Assembly (NCBI RefSeq): GCF_009914755.1
Contig: NC_060925.1
Source: the human T2T-CHM13v2.0 reference genome, Homo sapiens
Length of the DNA: 64,000 bases
Direction: 5' to 3' (one strand)
Shown here: in pieces, positions 1-49,987 of the stretch
Position numbering within the stretch: position 1 is the stretch's first letter
Layout: each line of letters opens with the position of its first letter
Position numbers and translations under genes: made by a program
The notes under the pieces: generated by a model
Told to the model about the DNA's origin: nothing
What the model saw: only the letters and a program-made list of their open reading frames with translations
Databases searched by the model: none

Positions 1-5949
<5,949 letters not shown>

Positions 5950-5950
<1 letters not shown>

Positions 5951-6325
5951 TTTAGAGCCTTTGCACTTGCTGTTCCTAATGCCAGCATGTTCCGCTCCCC
6001 TCTCGCATATCTGCTTGGTTGCTTTTTTCTCAATGTTCAGATCGAGTTATTTCTTTCGAGAAGACTTCCTGGTTCACCATACCACCATTCTTATACTGGC
6101 GCGTGCGTGCCGTGCACACGTACACACACGCGCGCACGCGCACACACCCCTTTCTCCCTTACCCTGCTTCACCTTTTTACAGAATTTAATACTGTCTGAA
6201 ATGTACTTGTTGGTGGTGTCCTGCCACTAAATCCCGGAGGGAACGGATTTTTGTCTGTTTTGCTCCCCATGATCTAAAACAGTACTTGGCACAAGAGGTT
6301 CAACAACTCGTTGAATTAATGAATA
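5950..6325 (+). mobile_element. L2 3' fragment containing an alternating purine/pyrimidine tract
   Basis: TTTGCACTTGCTGTTCC and a terminal GTACTTGGCACAAGAGG...TGAATTAATGAAT resembling the L2 3' end. Confidence 0.55.
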
Positions 6326-7599
6326 GTGGACATGAACTTGACAAAACAGGTTCCCTGCCTCAAGAGGCATGGCCGCAGTGAGGAGACGTTAAAAGAATTA
6401 AAACTGTATATGTTTAGTGGGAACACAGGAGCCTTTAAATTAGCTCAGAGGATTTACATAGATACCTGCGATAAAATGGTTCGTATAAGGTTCATATAAT
6501 AGTTACGTAAGACTCTTGAAAACTGTAATGTATTATGCAATTTTAAGATTGTATCATAGCTGGCGAAAATGAGGTCACATCTTGCCATTCTTTTTTCGCC
6601 TCGAAAAATTTTATGAGGAAAATTTCCTTTCACTTCCTCATTTATTTCCTTTTCCTGTAACCTAAATGGTCAAGCGGCTGTGAATGTTATCTTCTATGGG
6701 CAGCAATAAATACGGTTTGGTGTCGGAGTCTGCGTAGTGAATGGCTCACTGGATCTGGCGCATGCGCATCTTTTGTGGTGCCGCAAGATGGCTGCCAGCC
6801 ATTTTGTCGCGCGTTGCTCCTCCGAGGAGTTGGGGGCGATGGCTGCAGCCCCCTGAAGACTAACAGTGGTCTCAGTGGTGGGAATTTTCTGTCTCTGTTG
6901 TGTGAGCTGAACACACCCAAGAGAGCGGCCAAAAGCAGCAAAGGGCGGGGCAGGGGAACCCCCCCACCCGGCTAACCTTAGTTATACCAGCTCCCTCACC
7001 CATCCCTCCCAGTTTTTCCTTCCATCCCGTTACACGCTTATCTTCTGCGCAGGCGCAAAAATAATCGTAGCGCCTCCTGGGCCCTGGGGGCTTCAGAGCT
7101 CCTGCGCGCGCTTGTGGTTCTCCACTCCTGATTGGTCAGGTTGCCCCGCCATCACGCCTCCCTCTGCTTTCAAGGTTGAGAAGGAAGCAGGGGTAGGGGG
7201 GTGGGGCCAAGTGGCGCGTGCGCGATACTGTTGCTGCCCCTTTGCTGCTATTGCGTTGCAAAAAAAATCCTGACTAGGTAGCCTTGGACCTTTTCTGTGC
7301 TAGCGAGTCTAAAGGAAAGAAAGATTTCTGCAACTGAAGGGGCAGTCGGGTAGTATTACATTTAAGATATTAACGCCCGACCTGGCTCACAGGAGTGTGG
7401 GAACAGGGGCGGGGAAGGGCCTTAGCACTGAGAGCCGAAAAGTATAAAACGATTAGTTTCGGCGTCAGGCGTTTTGAAAGGCTTTGCAGGTCCTGTTTTC
7501 TGCGTAATTTTTCCGTGATTACTGACTGGTTTAAACACGACCCCTTGAACAATATTGATAAAACCTCCGAGACCCGCAGCCCCTCCTTGCAGCGTGTAG

Positions 7600-8013
<414 letters not shown>

Positions 8014-8660
8014 TGACTAGGGAAGGGAAGACTGGGGAAATGGAAGGAAGTGTGGCCTGAAACGCTTGGGGTTTTCCCACGGAGCCGCAGCATTTGGTTG
8101 GGGTTGTTCACATTAAAGGTTTGACCCCAGTGGTCCCAAACCCAGACTCCATTCCTAGCCAGGATTGTCCTGAATTGCAGGAGACTCATTTCTTGGGTTT
8201 TTTAGCCATTGAATTGTTGTGACCTTGGGCCGTTGGGCCCAGATCCATGGAGATTTACGTATATTGTTTTTAATATTTCAGAGCCTTGTAAGGTGTATTG
8301 ATTTTTCCGAACCTTCGCGGAAATTGTAGCGTCTGTTTATTTCTTACAGGCCTTGACGTGTTAATGATTTCTGGCTTTCCTGATGGTAGGCGAGCTGTGG
8401 TTTTAAGCAGTAGTAAATCCAGTGATGTTTAATGAGGAGTGCCTTGTCTGGATGAATGTATCTAAAACTTGTGATGTGTAGTAAGGAGAGCCTTACCTGG
8501 ATGAATGTTAAGAAGCAGCATGAGCTCTACATAGATCTGAGGCACCACCGGGTTTTCCCTGTACCTGTGTTTGCTGCAATAAAATACAGGTTTCTTGGAT
8601 ACTGACCAGAAACAACTGCGATACAGTAGTCAGTATCATCGTTAATACCTTCAAATATAA

Positions 8661-8971
<311 letters not shown>

Positions 8972-10435
8972 CCGTTACTTTTTAATTACCTGAAATACCT
9001 TTTTACACAATTGAGTTGATCTCATGGGTAATGTGCACAGGAAATGTGCTTTTTGAATATGTAGTACCTTTTTCTCCAGTTATGTTTTTTTTGTCTTTAT
9101 CCTGGAGATTTTTCCATTTTGCTGCTTTACTGCAGAAACGAGCTCTGTTAAAGCATGGATTGTTTGCAGAACGTTTCAAATCTTATAGGAGGAAGTGTGG
9201 AGAAGTTACTGTTTCCTGCTGAGAAGAGAGGGTTAACTCATACTCCATATACATCTATTAGAATTTTTCTTTGCTTCCTGCCTGCGGCATTTCACCAGTG
9301 AGACCCATCATCCAGTTATTCTGCCTTATTCCACTTCTGCCATTGCTCCTGTAGTGTTTTGATTTGTTTACCTTTTAGAGAACAGATAGATAAAACTTGC
9401 AAAATTATAGGCCCCATGCTTCGAACTATTTGTGTTTAAAGTTTTGGGAGGGATGTTTTGTGGTTCTTTGAATAATAATGCAGAGAAATTAGTAGATACC
9501 GGACAGAATTACCTGTGTTTACCAATAACCGATCAAAGAGTTATTTTCTTGCCCAGAGGTAAAATTATAACGTGCAAAAACATCAAATATGCTAACAGTC
9601 ATCATTGAAGACTCACATGTTAAGTATCTGCTATGTGCCCAGTCATCTCATTGTACCTTAAAATCGTCTGAGAAGTAGATTTTTTAATCACTGATTTACA
9701 AACGAGGAAACTAAGACTCGGAAATTAAGTTGCTTAAGGTTACTCAGTAAAATGGTGGGGTTAGGGTTTGACTTCATCATTAACTTTGTAAAATAATGTT
9801 TAACGTTCTTGGTATACCAGTGATATATTGCAAACAGTTCTAATGTGAGTGAGAGAACCTCTTCTCCACCCTATTTTAAAACATTTTTACTGAACTATGC
9901 AAGCATTTTACATTTCCTCACCTTGGGCTCTGGGGCTTTAACTGTATGGTTACATCATTTGCAAGAATAAGTTGGTCCCTGTCCCGTCTCTGCTGTGTGG
10001 GATCACAAGCGACAATTACAGTTTTTTTTCTAGTCAGCAATAATGAGATAAAATGAAGCCAGAATTTTTTACCTCAGCTGTTGTTGCTATTGTGCCTGAG
10101 CTTATTTCCTTTATTGATACCTTAAGAGTGAAAAAATGAATGCTCCAGGAGGGCAGTGTGTCAGTTGAAGTGCATTGTGTATAGTTTATATAGTTAAGTG
10201 CTTTTGGCTAAATATGATGTTGTTTTTCTAGTGGAATGGAATTTAACTTTCTAAAATGATTAAGGGTAATTTTAGTCGTTTTGTATTTACATTTAATGAA
10301 CTTCACTGGTCTCATTGTAAATAAAGCGTTTTGAGAGAAATATTCAGCAGAATGGTGTGGGGCGCAATGAAAACAGTTTATGCATGGGCCTTGTTTTCAT
10401 TTAAGTTCTTATTTCTTTACAGTTATACTTAGTTT

Positions 10436-10551
10436 ACTCTGAGTTTGGTTTCTAAGTCAGCTTTAGGAAAAATTGTGAAGCAGGTATCTTTGGACTCTGA
10501 GTTTGGTTTCTAAGTCAGCTTTAGGAAAAATTGTGAAGCAGGTATCTTTGG
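10436..10551 (+). repeat. Perfect tandem duplication, 2 x 58 bp
   Basis: ACTCTGAGTTTGG...GCAGGTATCTTTGG is identical at 10436-10493 and 10494-10551. Confidence 0.95.
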
Positions 10552-10746
10552 CATTCCCAGCCTTTCTGTCCATTTTCCTGATGCCACTTTGCTTCTCTTT
10601 TTTCTTCTGACATCCGTTATTTAGTAATTTATATTTATATTTAGACCTCAGTATAAATTTAAGTAACTATTAGATTCCAGAGATATTTTAATTTTATCCT
10701 TTATTTCAGTGTGTAATGAGACTTTTGTTCATATAAAAGGAAATAA

Positions 10747-16980
<6,234 letters not shown>

Positions 16981-17026
16981 AGATAGAGCAGCAAGTACAG
17001 ATATAGAAGAGGTCCAGAGAGAAGGC

Positions 17027-17863
17027 TATGGTATTATGAAATCTCTATTTGGTCTCTGTCCCATTTCCTGGCATACTACTTCAAAAATCCTTGGGTCTTC
17101 AAGGTGATAAGTGTCATTTTGTATGCTAATGAGTTGACTGATGGTTGGCATCCCCTGGGTAGCCTAAGGATGGGGGCTGGTCACTGGAAAGAATAAGGCA
17201 GGACTAGAGGTTGTGACTTTCCGCCCTACCATCTAACCTCTGGGGAAGGGAGAAGAGCTGAAGGGGTAAACTGAACACCAGTGGCCAGTGGTTTAATTAA
17301 TTATGCCTTCATAACGAAACTTCCATAAAAATCCAAAAGGACTGGTTTTGGGAAGCTTCTAGACAGCAAAACATATGGAGGTTCCTGGAGGTTGGCATGC
17401 CCAGAAAGAACCTAGAAGCTCTGCACTCTTAGCCCTACCTTGCCCCCTCCATCTCTTCATCTGGTGTTCATTGGTGTCCTTTGTTATGTCCTTTATAATT
17501 AACCAGTAAACGTGTTTCCCTGAGTTCTGTGAGCTGCTCAAGCAAATTAATGGAACCCAAGAAGGGGGTTGTGTGAGCCCCGATTTATGGTGGTTGGGTC
17601 AGAGCAAATGTTAACCTGAGATTTGTGATTGGCATGGGAAGTGGGGGGCAGTCTTGTGAGACTGAGCACTCAGTCTGTGGGATCTGATGCTCTCTTCCAG
17701 TGTCAGAATTGAATTGGAGGGCACCTAGCTGGTGTTCATTGCAGAATTGCTTGCTTGGTGTGTGTGGGGAGAACTCTCATACATTTGGTCAAAGAAGTCT
17801 TTGTTGATTGTTGAATGAGAATGTAGGAAAAGCACTTTTAAGTTTGTTTATTCTCTATTCTCA
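17027..17863 (+). mobile_element. Solo LTR of the MER21 family (ERVL-related)
   Basis: Resembles the MER21 consensus (TTGTATGCTAATGAGTTGACTG...GGATGGGGGCTGGTCAC). Ends in CA. Flanked by direct repeat GAAGGC at 17021-17026 and 17864-17869. Confidence 0.8.
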
Positions 17864-19606
17864 GAAGGCTGTTGGGGCATTCTAGTATTTTAGATGACTC
17901 TTTCTACTTAGTCTAGTGTGTTATTGGCTTAGGTTCTTTTTGAGGTTCAAGGTAAACTTTGTCTCAGCCCCCCAAAGAAGTAATAAATCTATTTTGGTCT
18001 CTTGCATATTTTTACTCTTGGTTTACGCTTAATGGCATTTCTGTATTCATTGAGCAGGAGCTCTGTTATAATTGGTTATTATCCATCCTCTCCCTCCCCT
18101 TTAGATGCCTAAGTCACCTTTTTTTTTTTCATTCCATTGCTCTAGGTTCATAGAGTTATAGGTGGTATTTTTCCAGGTTTCTGGCAATGTTTCGAAACAT
18201 GGAACTGTCTTAATTATAAACTATAATTATTGTAATGGTATATATTAAGCCTTTTTGTCTGTATTGTGAGACTTTCCAAGCAGTTGTTATCTTCTTCCTT
18301 TTAGCTGCTTAGTCTCTTACAGCAGAAGGGTGATTTCATCCATGGCCTTAGGTGGGTTTGAAGCAATATGTAAAACATAATTTTACTATACCAAATTCCA
18401 TAGTAAGCTAAAGAGTAAATTTTGTAGCAAATAAACATTCCCATAACTAAAAGTGTGAAACACTACTGACAAACTTCACATGGTTCTGTGACATGGAGGT
18501 ATCTTGAAAGGAAAATTACAATAGCAGTGGAAAAACACTAATATTAAAATTTGCTCACAGAGGCCACCCAGAATTACTTTAATGTTAGTTTTGTCTGTAG
18601 AGGAGGGACGAGTGTATGTATGTGCGTAATTTTTTAGGGAGTAGAAGCTTACTGATTTTATTCTTTTTTGTTGTTATCAGCTTCCTTGGGTTGAATGATT
18701 TTACTCTTAATGATTTGGCTTCCTGCCTTTCTTAAACTAATAAATAATAGTTGCATCAAAATTCTTTCTTCCTCCTAGGCTTTTGTCAGTTATGTTCTCT
18801 TTTTTCCTCCCACTTTTTCCAGGTGTTTATTGTTTTACAGCAGTACTTTTAAAAGTCAAAAGGGGAGATTTTGGTCAGTTGTTTTAAAATTTCAATTGAG
18901 AATTAAGGATACATGAGGTTTAATTTGTTGAAGGAACTCAGAGACCCTAATAAAAATTACCCAAGAACAGAACAATTTACAAACCAGCTTGACTGACTTT
19001 CTCATCTATTTGTCAAGGAAACAAAAAGTAGTTGTGTTTCGTAGTGATTTCAAATTCCACTGCCCCCACAGATATTAATTATAGAACACTGGAGGAATGT
19101 ACATCTTAGGGAGAAAGTAGTAGAACCTAGTTATTCCTTTTGAGAAAAGGCAACAATTCCATCTGTGCTTTGAAATATTAAAGCTTTTCTGGCTAAGATA
19201 AAGATAGTTTTTAAAAATGCTTCATTCTTATTCTCTTGTTTTTAGAGAAATATTGAAATAGAGGCTCTTTGATGAAGGAAATGAAAATGTTTGGTTTGCT
19301 GGGTTTAAATTTTACTAGTGTTTGATTGAGGCCTTGATCTCTCCCTCATCTCTCTTTCTTCACTTCTTTCTCTTATAATTAATTTCACTTACTTGCACTT
19401 TCTAGTTCTCTGGAATCCATTAGCAGAGAGAGAGAGTGATTCTTTATTACCCTTTAGTAAAAGTTGCACTGTGAAAGGAAAAAAGGATCTTTTAATGTTT
19501 GGGATTATAACTTAACATTTTTTGTTTTAAAAAACCTAGAATGGATCCTGAGCTGTTTTTGTGTTCCTTTACTGTCATCATAGTTTTAGAGTGTAGCATG
19601 ATACAG

Positions 19607-29564
<9,958 letters not shown>

Positions 29565-29565
<1 letters not shown>

Positions 29566-30342
29566 TATCAATACCATAAGTTTATGTCACTTTTTACAAA
29601 ATGAACCATCTGAAATGGTGGGCACCTGCGGCTGGACACCTCAATCTGTGGTACATATTGAGCAGTCCAACTTTTTTTGATAATGTCATGACTTTTCTTT
29701 GCTTCTTTGGAGCACTTTTAACATCACTAGTGGCACTTTGTGTGGGTCTCATGGTGTTTACTTAAGGTTTACAATATTGCACTAAACCTGAAAAATATGA
29801 GAACCACAAGAGATCACTTTTTACTGACATATGCAATTTTCTGGAGAGATGAACTGCTTACATAGAGATAATTAGCATCACAGGGTGTTTTGAGTGGATA
29901 CTCACAATGCTTGAGCTCCCTGAAGTAGCAACAGGAGATGGCTACAAAATTATTACAGTATAGTATGTACAGTAGTGAATTTTATTCAGTTATGATATAA
30001 TACTGAATTTTTATGATTGTTTACATTACTCTCAACTGGATGGCTGCATGTATGTCTTTTAAGTGTGTGCATAAGTTTTGATAGATGTTAACTTTTTAAA
30101 ATAGATTTGTGTATATTTAATGGTAGTAAATGAGAAAATAGACTAGTGTCTACATAGTTTTTATGCATTCATGACATACCTAATTTTCTCAATTTCTAAA
30201 ATACTTTTAGACTACATGGTTCATCTGTGAGTTTTTTCAAATTGTTGTAAATCTCCTAAAATTTTGAAAATGTATTTATTGAAAAATCCACGTATAAGTG
30301 AGACCTGTGCAGTTCAAACTTGTGTTGTTCAAGGGTCATCTG
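29565..30342. mobile_element. Tigger2-family DNA transposon remnant with one terminal inverted repeat
   Basis: End GTGCAGTTCAAACTTGTGTTGTTCAAGGGTCATCTG matches the Tigger2 terminus. Internal CACAAGAGATCACTTTTTACTG. Confidence 0.75.
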
Positions 30343-30644
30343 TCTAAGCATATGTTTACTAGTTAATGGATAAGCACTTCAGACCACAGTGTGTTAAGTG
30401 AGAAGAGAATAGGGCCAATGAAAGAACCTTGGGAGCACCAGAGTTTCAAGGTTAGTGCAAAAACAGGTGTGTTAGGGAAAGGAGAGAGGATCAGAACAAA
30501 ATGGTTTCTCAGAAACTAAGAGAAGAGAAAGTTTGCCAGAGGGAAGGAGCATGATTGTACTGGGTTGCAGGTGAAACTGTACTGTTTCTAGTCATGTGAC
30601 AGGCTAGATATTTTGCAGGATCCTTCCACCAGAAATACAACTAA

Positions 30645-30888
<244 letters not shown>

Positions 30889-31379
30889 TGAACTCCTGAC
30901 CTCAGGTGATTTGCCTGCCTCGGCCTCCCAAAGTGCTAGGATTACAGGCGTGAGCCACTGCTCCTGGCCATTTTTTTCTTTTTTTCTTTTCTCTTTTTTT
31001 TTTTTTTTTTTGAGACAGTGTCTCTCACTCTGTCACCCAGGCTGGAGTGCAGTGGTGTGATCTCAGCTCAATGTAACCTCTGCCTCCTAGACTTCAGCCA
31101 TCCTACCACCTCAGCCTCCTAAGTAGCTGGGACTACAGGGGTGCACTAGCACGCCCAGCTAATTTTTGTATTTTTTTGTAGAGACGGGGTCTCACTATGT
31201 TGCCTAGGCTGGTCTTAAACTCCTGAGCTCAAGCAAACCACCCACCTTGGCCTCATATAGTGCTGGGATTATAGGCATGAGCCACTGCACCTGGCCCAGA
31301 CATAATTTTTAAATAAAATTTTAGCTTTGCAGTAGTTTTGGATTTATAGAAAAGTTGTGAAGATAGTACAGAGAGTGCT

Positions 31380-31612
31380 TGTATGTGTGTGTATATATGT
31401 ATGTGTATATACATGTGTATATACACACACATATACATATATACATGTATACACGTATATACACGTATACACATGTATATACGTGTATATACACATGTAT
31501 ATATATACATATATACATGTATACACACATATATATGTATATGCATATATACACATACACTATATATATATACACGCGCACACACACACACACACACACA
31601 TACATATATACA
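31380..31612. repeat. Long compound (TG/TA/CA)n microsatellite inside an old minus-strand L1 (about 31310-32810)
   Basis: About 230 bp of near-continuous purine/pyrimidine alternation. Confidence 0.92.
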
Positions 31613-32101
31613 CCCTGCATCCTGTTGCCCTTGTTGTTAACATCTTACATTAGTATGTTACGTTTATTAAAACCAATGAATCAATATTGATATGTAATTT
31701 TTTTTTTTTTTTGAGATGGAGTCTCACTCTGTCGCCCAGGCTGGAGTGCAGTGGCGCGATCTTGCAACCTCCGCCTCCTGGGTTCAAGCGATTCTTGTGC
31801 CTCAGCCTCCTGAGTAGCTGGGACTACAGGCACACACCACCACACCCAGCTAATTTTTGTATTTTTAGTAGAGGCGGGGTTTCACCATATTGGCCAGGCT
31901 GGTCTTGAACCCCTGACCTCGTGATCTGCCTGCCTCAGCCCCTCAAAGTGCTGGGATACAGGCGTGAGCCACTGCACTTGGCCTAATATGTAATTATTAA
32001 GAGTCCATATTTTATGAATTGCCTTAGTTTTTACCTACTGTTGTTTTCTCCATAACTCCACATTTAATTATTATATCTCTTTAGGCTCCTCTAGATTTTG
32101 A

Positions 32102-32293
<192 letters not shown>

Positions 32294-32999
32294 TAATTTT
32301 TGTAATTTCTGTAGCAACAGGGTTTCACCATGTTGCCCAGGCTTGTCTCAAACTCCTGAGCTCAAGCGATCTGCCTGCCTCGGCCTCGCAAAGTGCTGGG
32401 ATTACAGGTGTGAGCCACTGTGTCCACAGTTTTCTTTTAAGCTTCCCTAGATTTGGTCAGATATTTTGTAGAATGTCCCTCAATGTGGGTTTGTCTGTTT
32501 TTTTGTGGTTGTTTTTTGTTTTAATGATTAGCTGGGGTTATTGTTTCTTTGGAGGAAGACCACAGAGGTAAAGTTCCATTTTCATCACATGATATCAAGA
32601 GTGTCCATCCTATCAACGTGTTTTACCGCTAATGATACTAACCTTGATCACCTGGCTGAGATAGTTTTTTTCAGATTTCTTCTTTTTTGAAGCCTCTTAC
32701 ACATTGTACTCTTTGGGAAGAAGTCACTGCACAGCCCACAATTTAGGGGAGTTATGCTGTCTACCTCCTTGAGGAGGCAGCATCTATGTAAATTTTTCAG
32801 AATTCTGTGTAGACATTAACAAGCACACATTTTAATGCATTACTGGGTGTACTAAAAAAGTAAGGGAGGTTTCCAAGGGTCTGTTCATTCACAGAAGTAA
32901 AGAGTCAGCTGAAACAGGAGCAGTGAGTAAGCTTGTGAGCAAACAAGACTGGCAACGTTTTCCTGAAGGCAAACGCTCACATCAGCACTAATGGGAGAC

Positions 33000-38060
<5,061 letters not shown>

Positions 38061-38071
38061 GAAATAATTCT

Positions 38072-40272
<2,201 letters not shown>

Positions 40273-40419
40273 TGATCTCAAACTCCTGACCTCACATGAT
40301 CCACCTGCCTCGGCCTCTGGAAGTGTTGGGATTACAGGCGTCAGCCACTGCACCCGGCCACAACAGCAAGTCTTATTGATTCTGTTGGTGTTTTGCTTTT
40401 TTTGGGTGGTGGGGAGTCA

Positions 40420-43960
<3,541 letters not shown>

Positions 43961-43991
43961 TTCATAGTACTTTTTTTTTTTTAAAAAAAGA

Positions 43992-47865
<3,874 letters not shown>

Positions 47866-48764
47866 CGTCACATATTTTTTAAAAATCTGTATAACTTACA
47901 TTCAAGAGTTCCTATCCAGAATTCAGTCTGGTTTTAGACCTCATTTTAATATTTATTGCACCTTTAGTGCATGTCTCTCCATTATTACATATTGTTATTT
48001 CAGTGCTTATTAGTCCCTTGAATTCAGACTACCATATCTTACTTATTCTTACCTATTATAGCATGTGCTTTGCATGAAGCGGGTAGTTCATGAAAATTTA
48101 TTGAATCTACCAATATTTCACGGATTTTGTCAAGTATTGCTGAGGGTTGTTTGCAGGATAGAGAAAAATTGATGCTTGGAGTTTTTCCTTTGGAGGATTT
48201 GGTATGGTTTGTTACAGATTTTTGTGATTCGCAGATCCTGGGTGAAAATGTATACTATTTGATTTAGTAGATTTCTAGATAATCATATGTAACAATGTTT
48301 AACAGAAATGAGTAGTAAATTAAGTAACTGGTGGATTGATACCTTATGAATGTTAACATACTACTCAGATTTTTAATTTAGATATGGCTCTTTCAGTGTA
48401 TATTGAAGTTATTTTACTCAGGACTTGGCTTCTAAAGTCAGTACATAAAATGAAATTAGGCTTGAAAATACTGGAAATTTTTAGTAATGACAAAATTTTT
48501 TATTTTTTTTTGGTAAATAGCCTAGTACAGAAATATATATATGCATGATTTGTGCTATATTTGGTAGCATATAATTCCGTAGGGTGAATCATATTAAGAG
48601 AGTAAATCAGCTGAATGTTTTGATGCTTGGAACATGAAGCCGATTTAGGGAGAGTCAAACTTCCTGGTTTCTCTCTCTCTCATCATCTTTATGAAGATAA
48701 TATTTCTTCTGGTTCTTCATCAGTGAGTATTTCTCTATGGCCTCAAATGTCTTTCTGATAATTA

Positions 48765-49422
48765 CAGTTTCACTTTCCTGGTTAACCATGCCTAAAATAT
48801 TAAATGGAAAATTGTAGAAATAAACAGTTCATAAGTTTTAAATTGTGCACCATTCTGAGTAGTATAATGAAATCTCATGCCATCTTGCCTGGGACAGGAA
48901 TCCTCTCTTTGTCCTTTGTATCCATGCTGTTGACGCTTCCCACCCATTAGTGCCCCTGTTATATTGACCGCCAGGGTATTGCAGTGTTTGTGTTCAAGTA
49001 ATCCTTAGTTTACTTAATAACGGTCCCAAAGCGCAAGAATAGTGATGCTTTTAATTTGGATATGCCAAAGAAAAGCCGTTAAGTGCTTCCTTTAAGTGAA
49101 AAGGTTAAAGTTCTTAATAAGACAATGAATCATATGCTGAAGTTGCTAAGATCTGTGATAAGAATGAATCTCCTATCTGTGAAATGATGAAGAAGGAAAA
49201 AGAAATTCGTGCTAGTTTTGCTGTTGCACCTCATACTGCAAAAGTTATGGCCACGGTGCTTGATTAACTGCTTGGTTAAGATGAAAAGGGCATTAAATTT
49301 TTGGTGGAATATATGAACAGATATGTGTTTCCGTTGACAGCAGTCAGGTTCTGTACTGTCTGGTTTCAGGAATCCACTAGGGGTCTTAGAACATATACCC
49401 CCATGTTAAGGAGGGACTACTG
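48765..49422. mobile_element. MER44/Tigger7-family DNA transposon remnant
   Basis: AAATATTAAATGGAAAATT...AAGTGCTTCCTTTAAGTGAAAAGG and terminus GGAGGGACTACTG|TA. Confidence 0.78.
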
Positions 49423-49520
49423 TAATTGCCTTTACCCCTGAATATTTGTTTAGGGTTCTTGTTAATTGTTTTCTCTCTCACACTCTGGCTTAGTACTTAC
49501 AGGTAAAAAAATTTTTTTGA

Positions 49521-49697
<177 letters not shown>

Positions 49698-49828
49698 TAG
49701 TGAAGCTAGTCTTGAACTCCTGACCTCAAATGATCCTCCTGCCTAGGCCTCCAAAAGTGCTGGTATTACAGGAATGCGCCACCACGCCCTGCCAAGTACT
49801 TACAAGTAAATTCTTTTTTTCTTTTTGA

Positions 49829-49987
<159 letters not shown>

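Noticed and set aside
6561-6641. Short inverted repeats and an NF-kB-like GGAAAATTTCC upstream of the promoter
   Set aside because: 8-bp stems and a degenerate motif are expected by chance in AT-rich DNA; there is no independent support.
8421-8540. Possible C/D box snoRNA (GTGATGT...CTGA)
   Set aside because: C box is imperfect, there is no convincing terminal stem or recognisable guide, and the tandem duplication explains the motifs.
10436-10551. Direct repeats as a CRISPR-like array
   Set aside because: Only two adjacent copies, no spacers, in a mammalian intron.
31253-31690. Tyr/Ile/His/Val/Cys-rich ORFs on both strands
   Set aside because: Artefact of the TA/CA/TG microsatellite.
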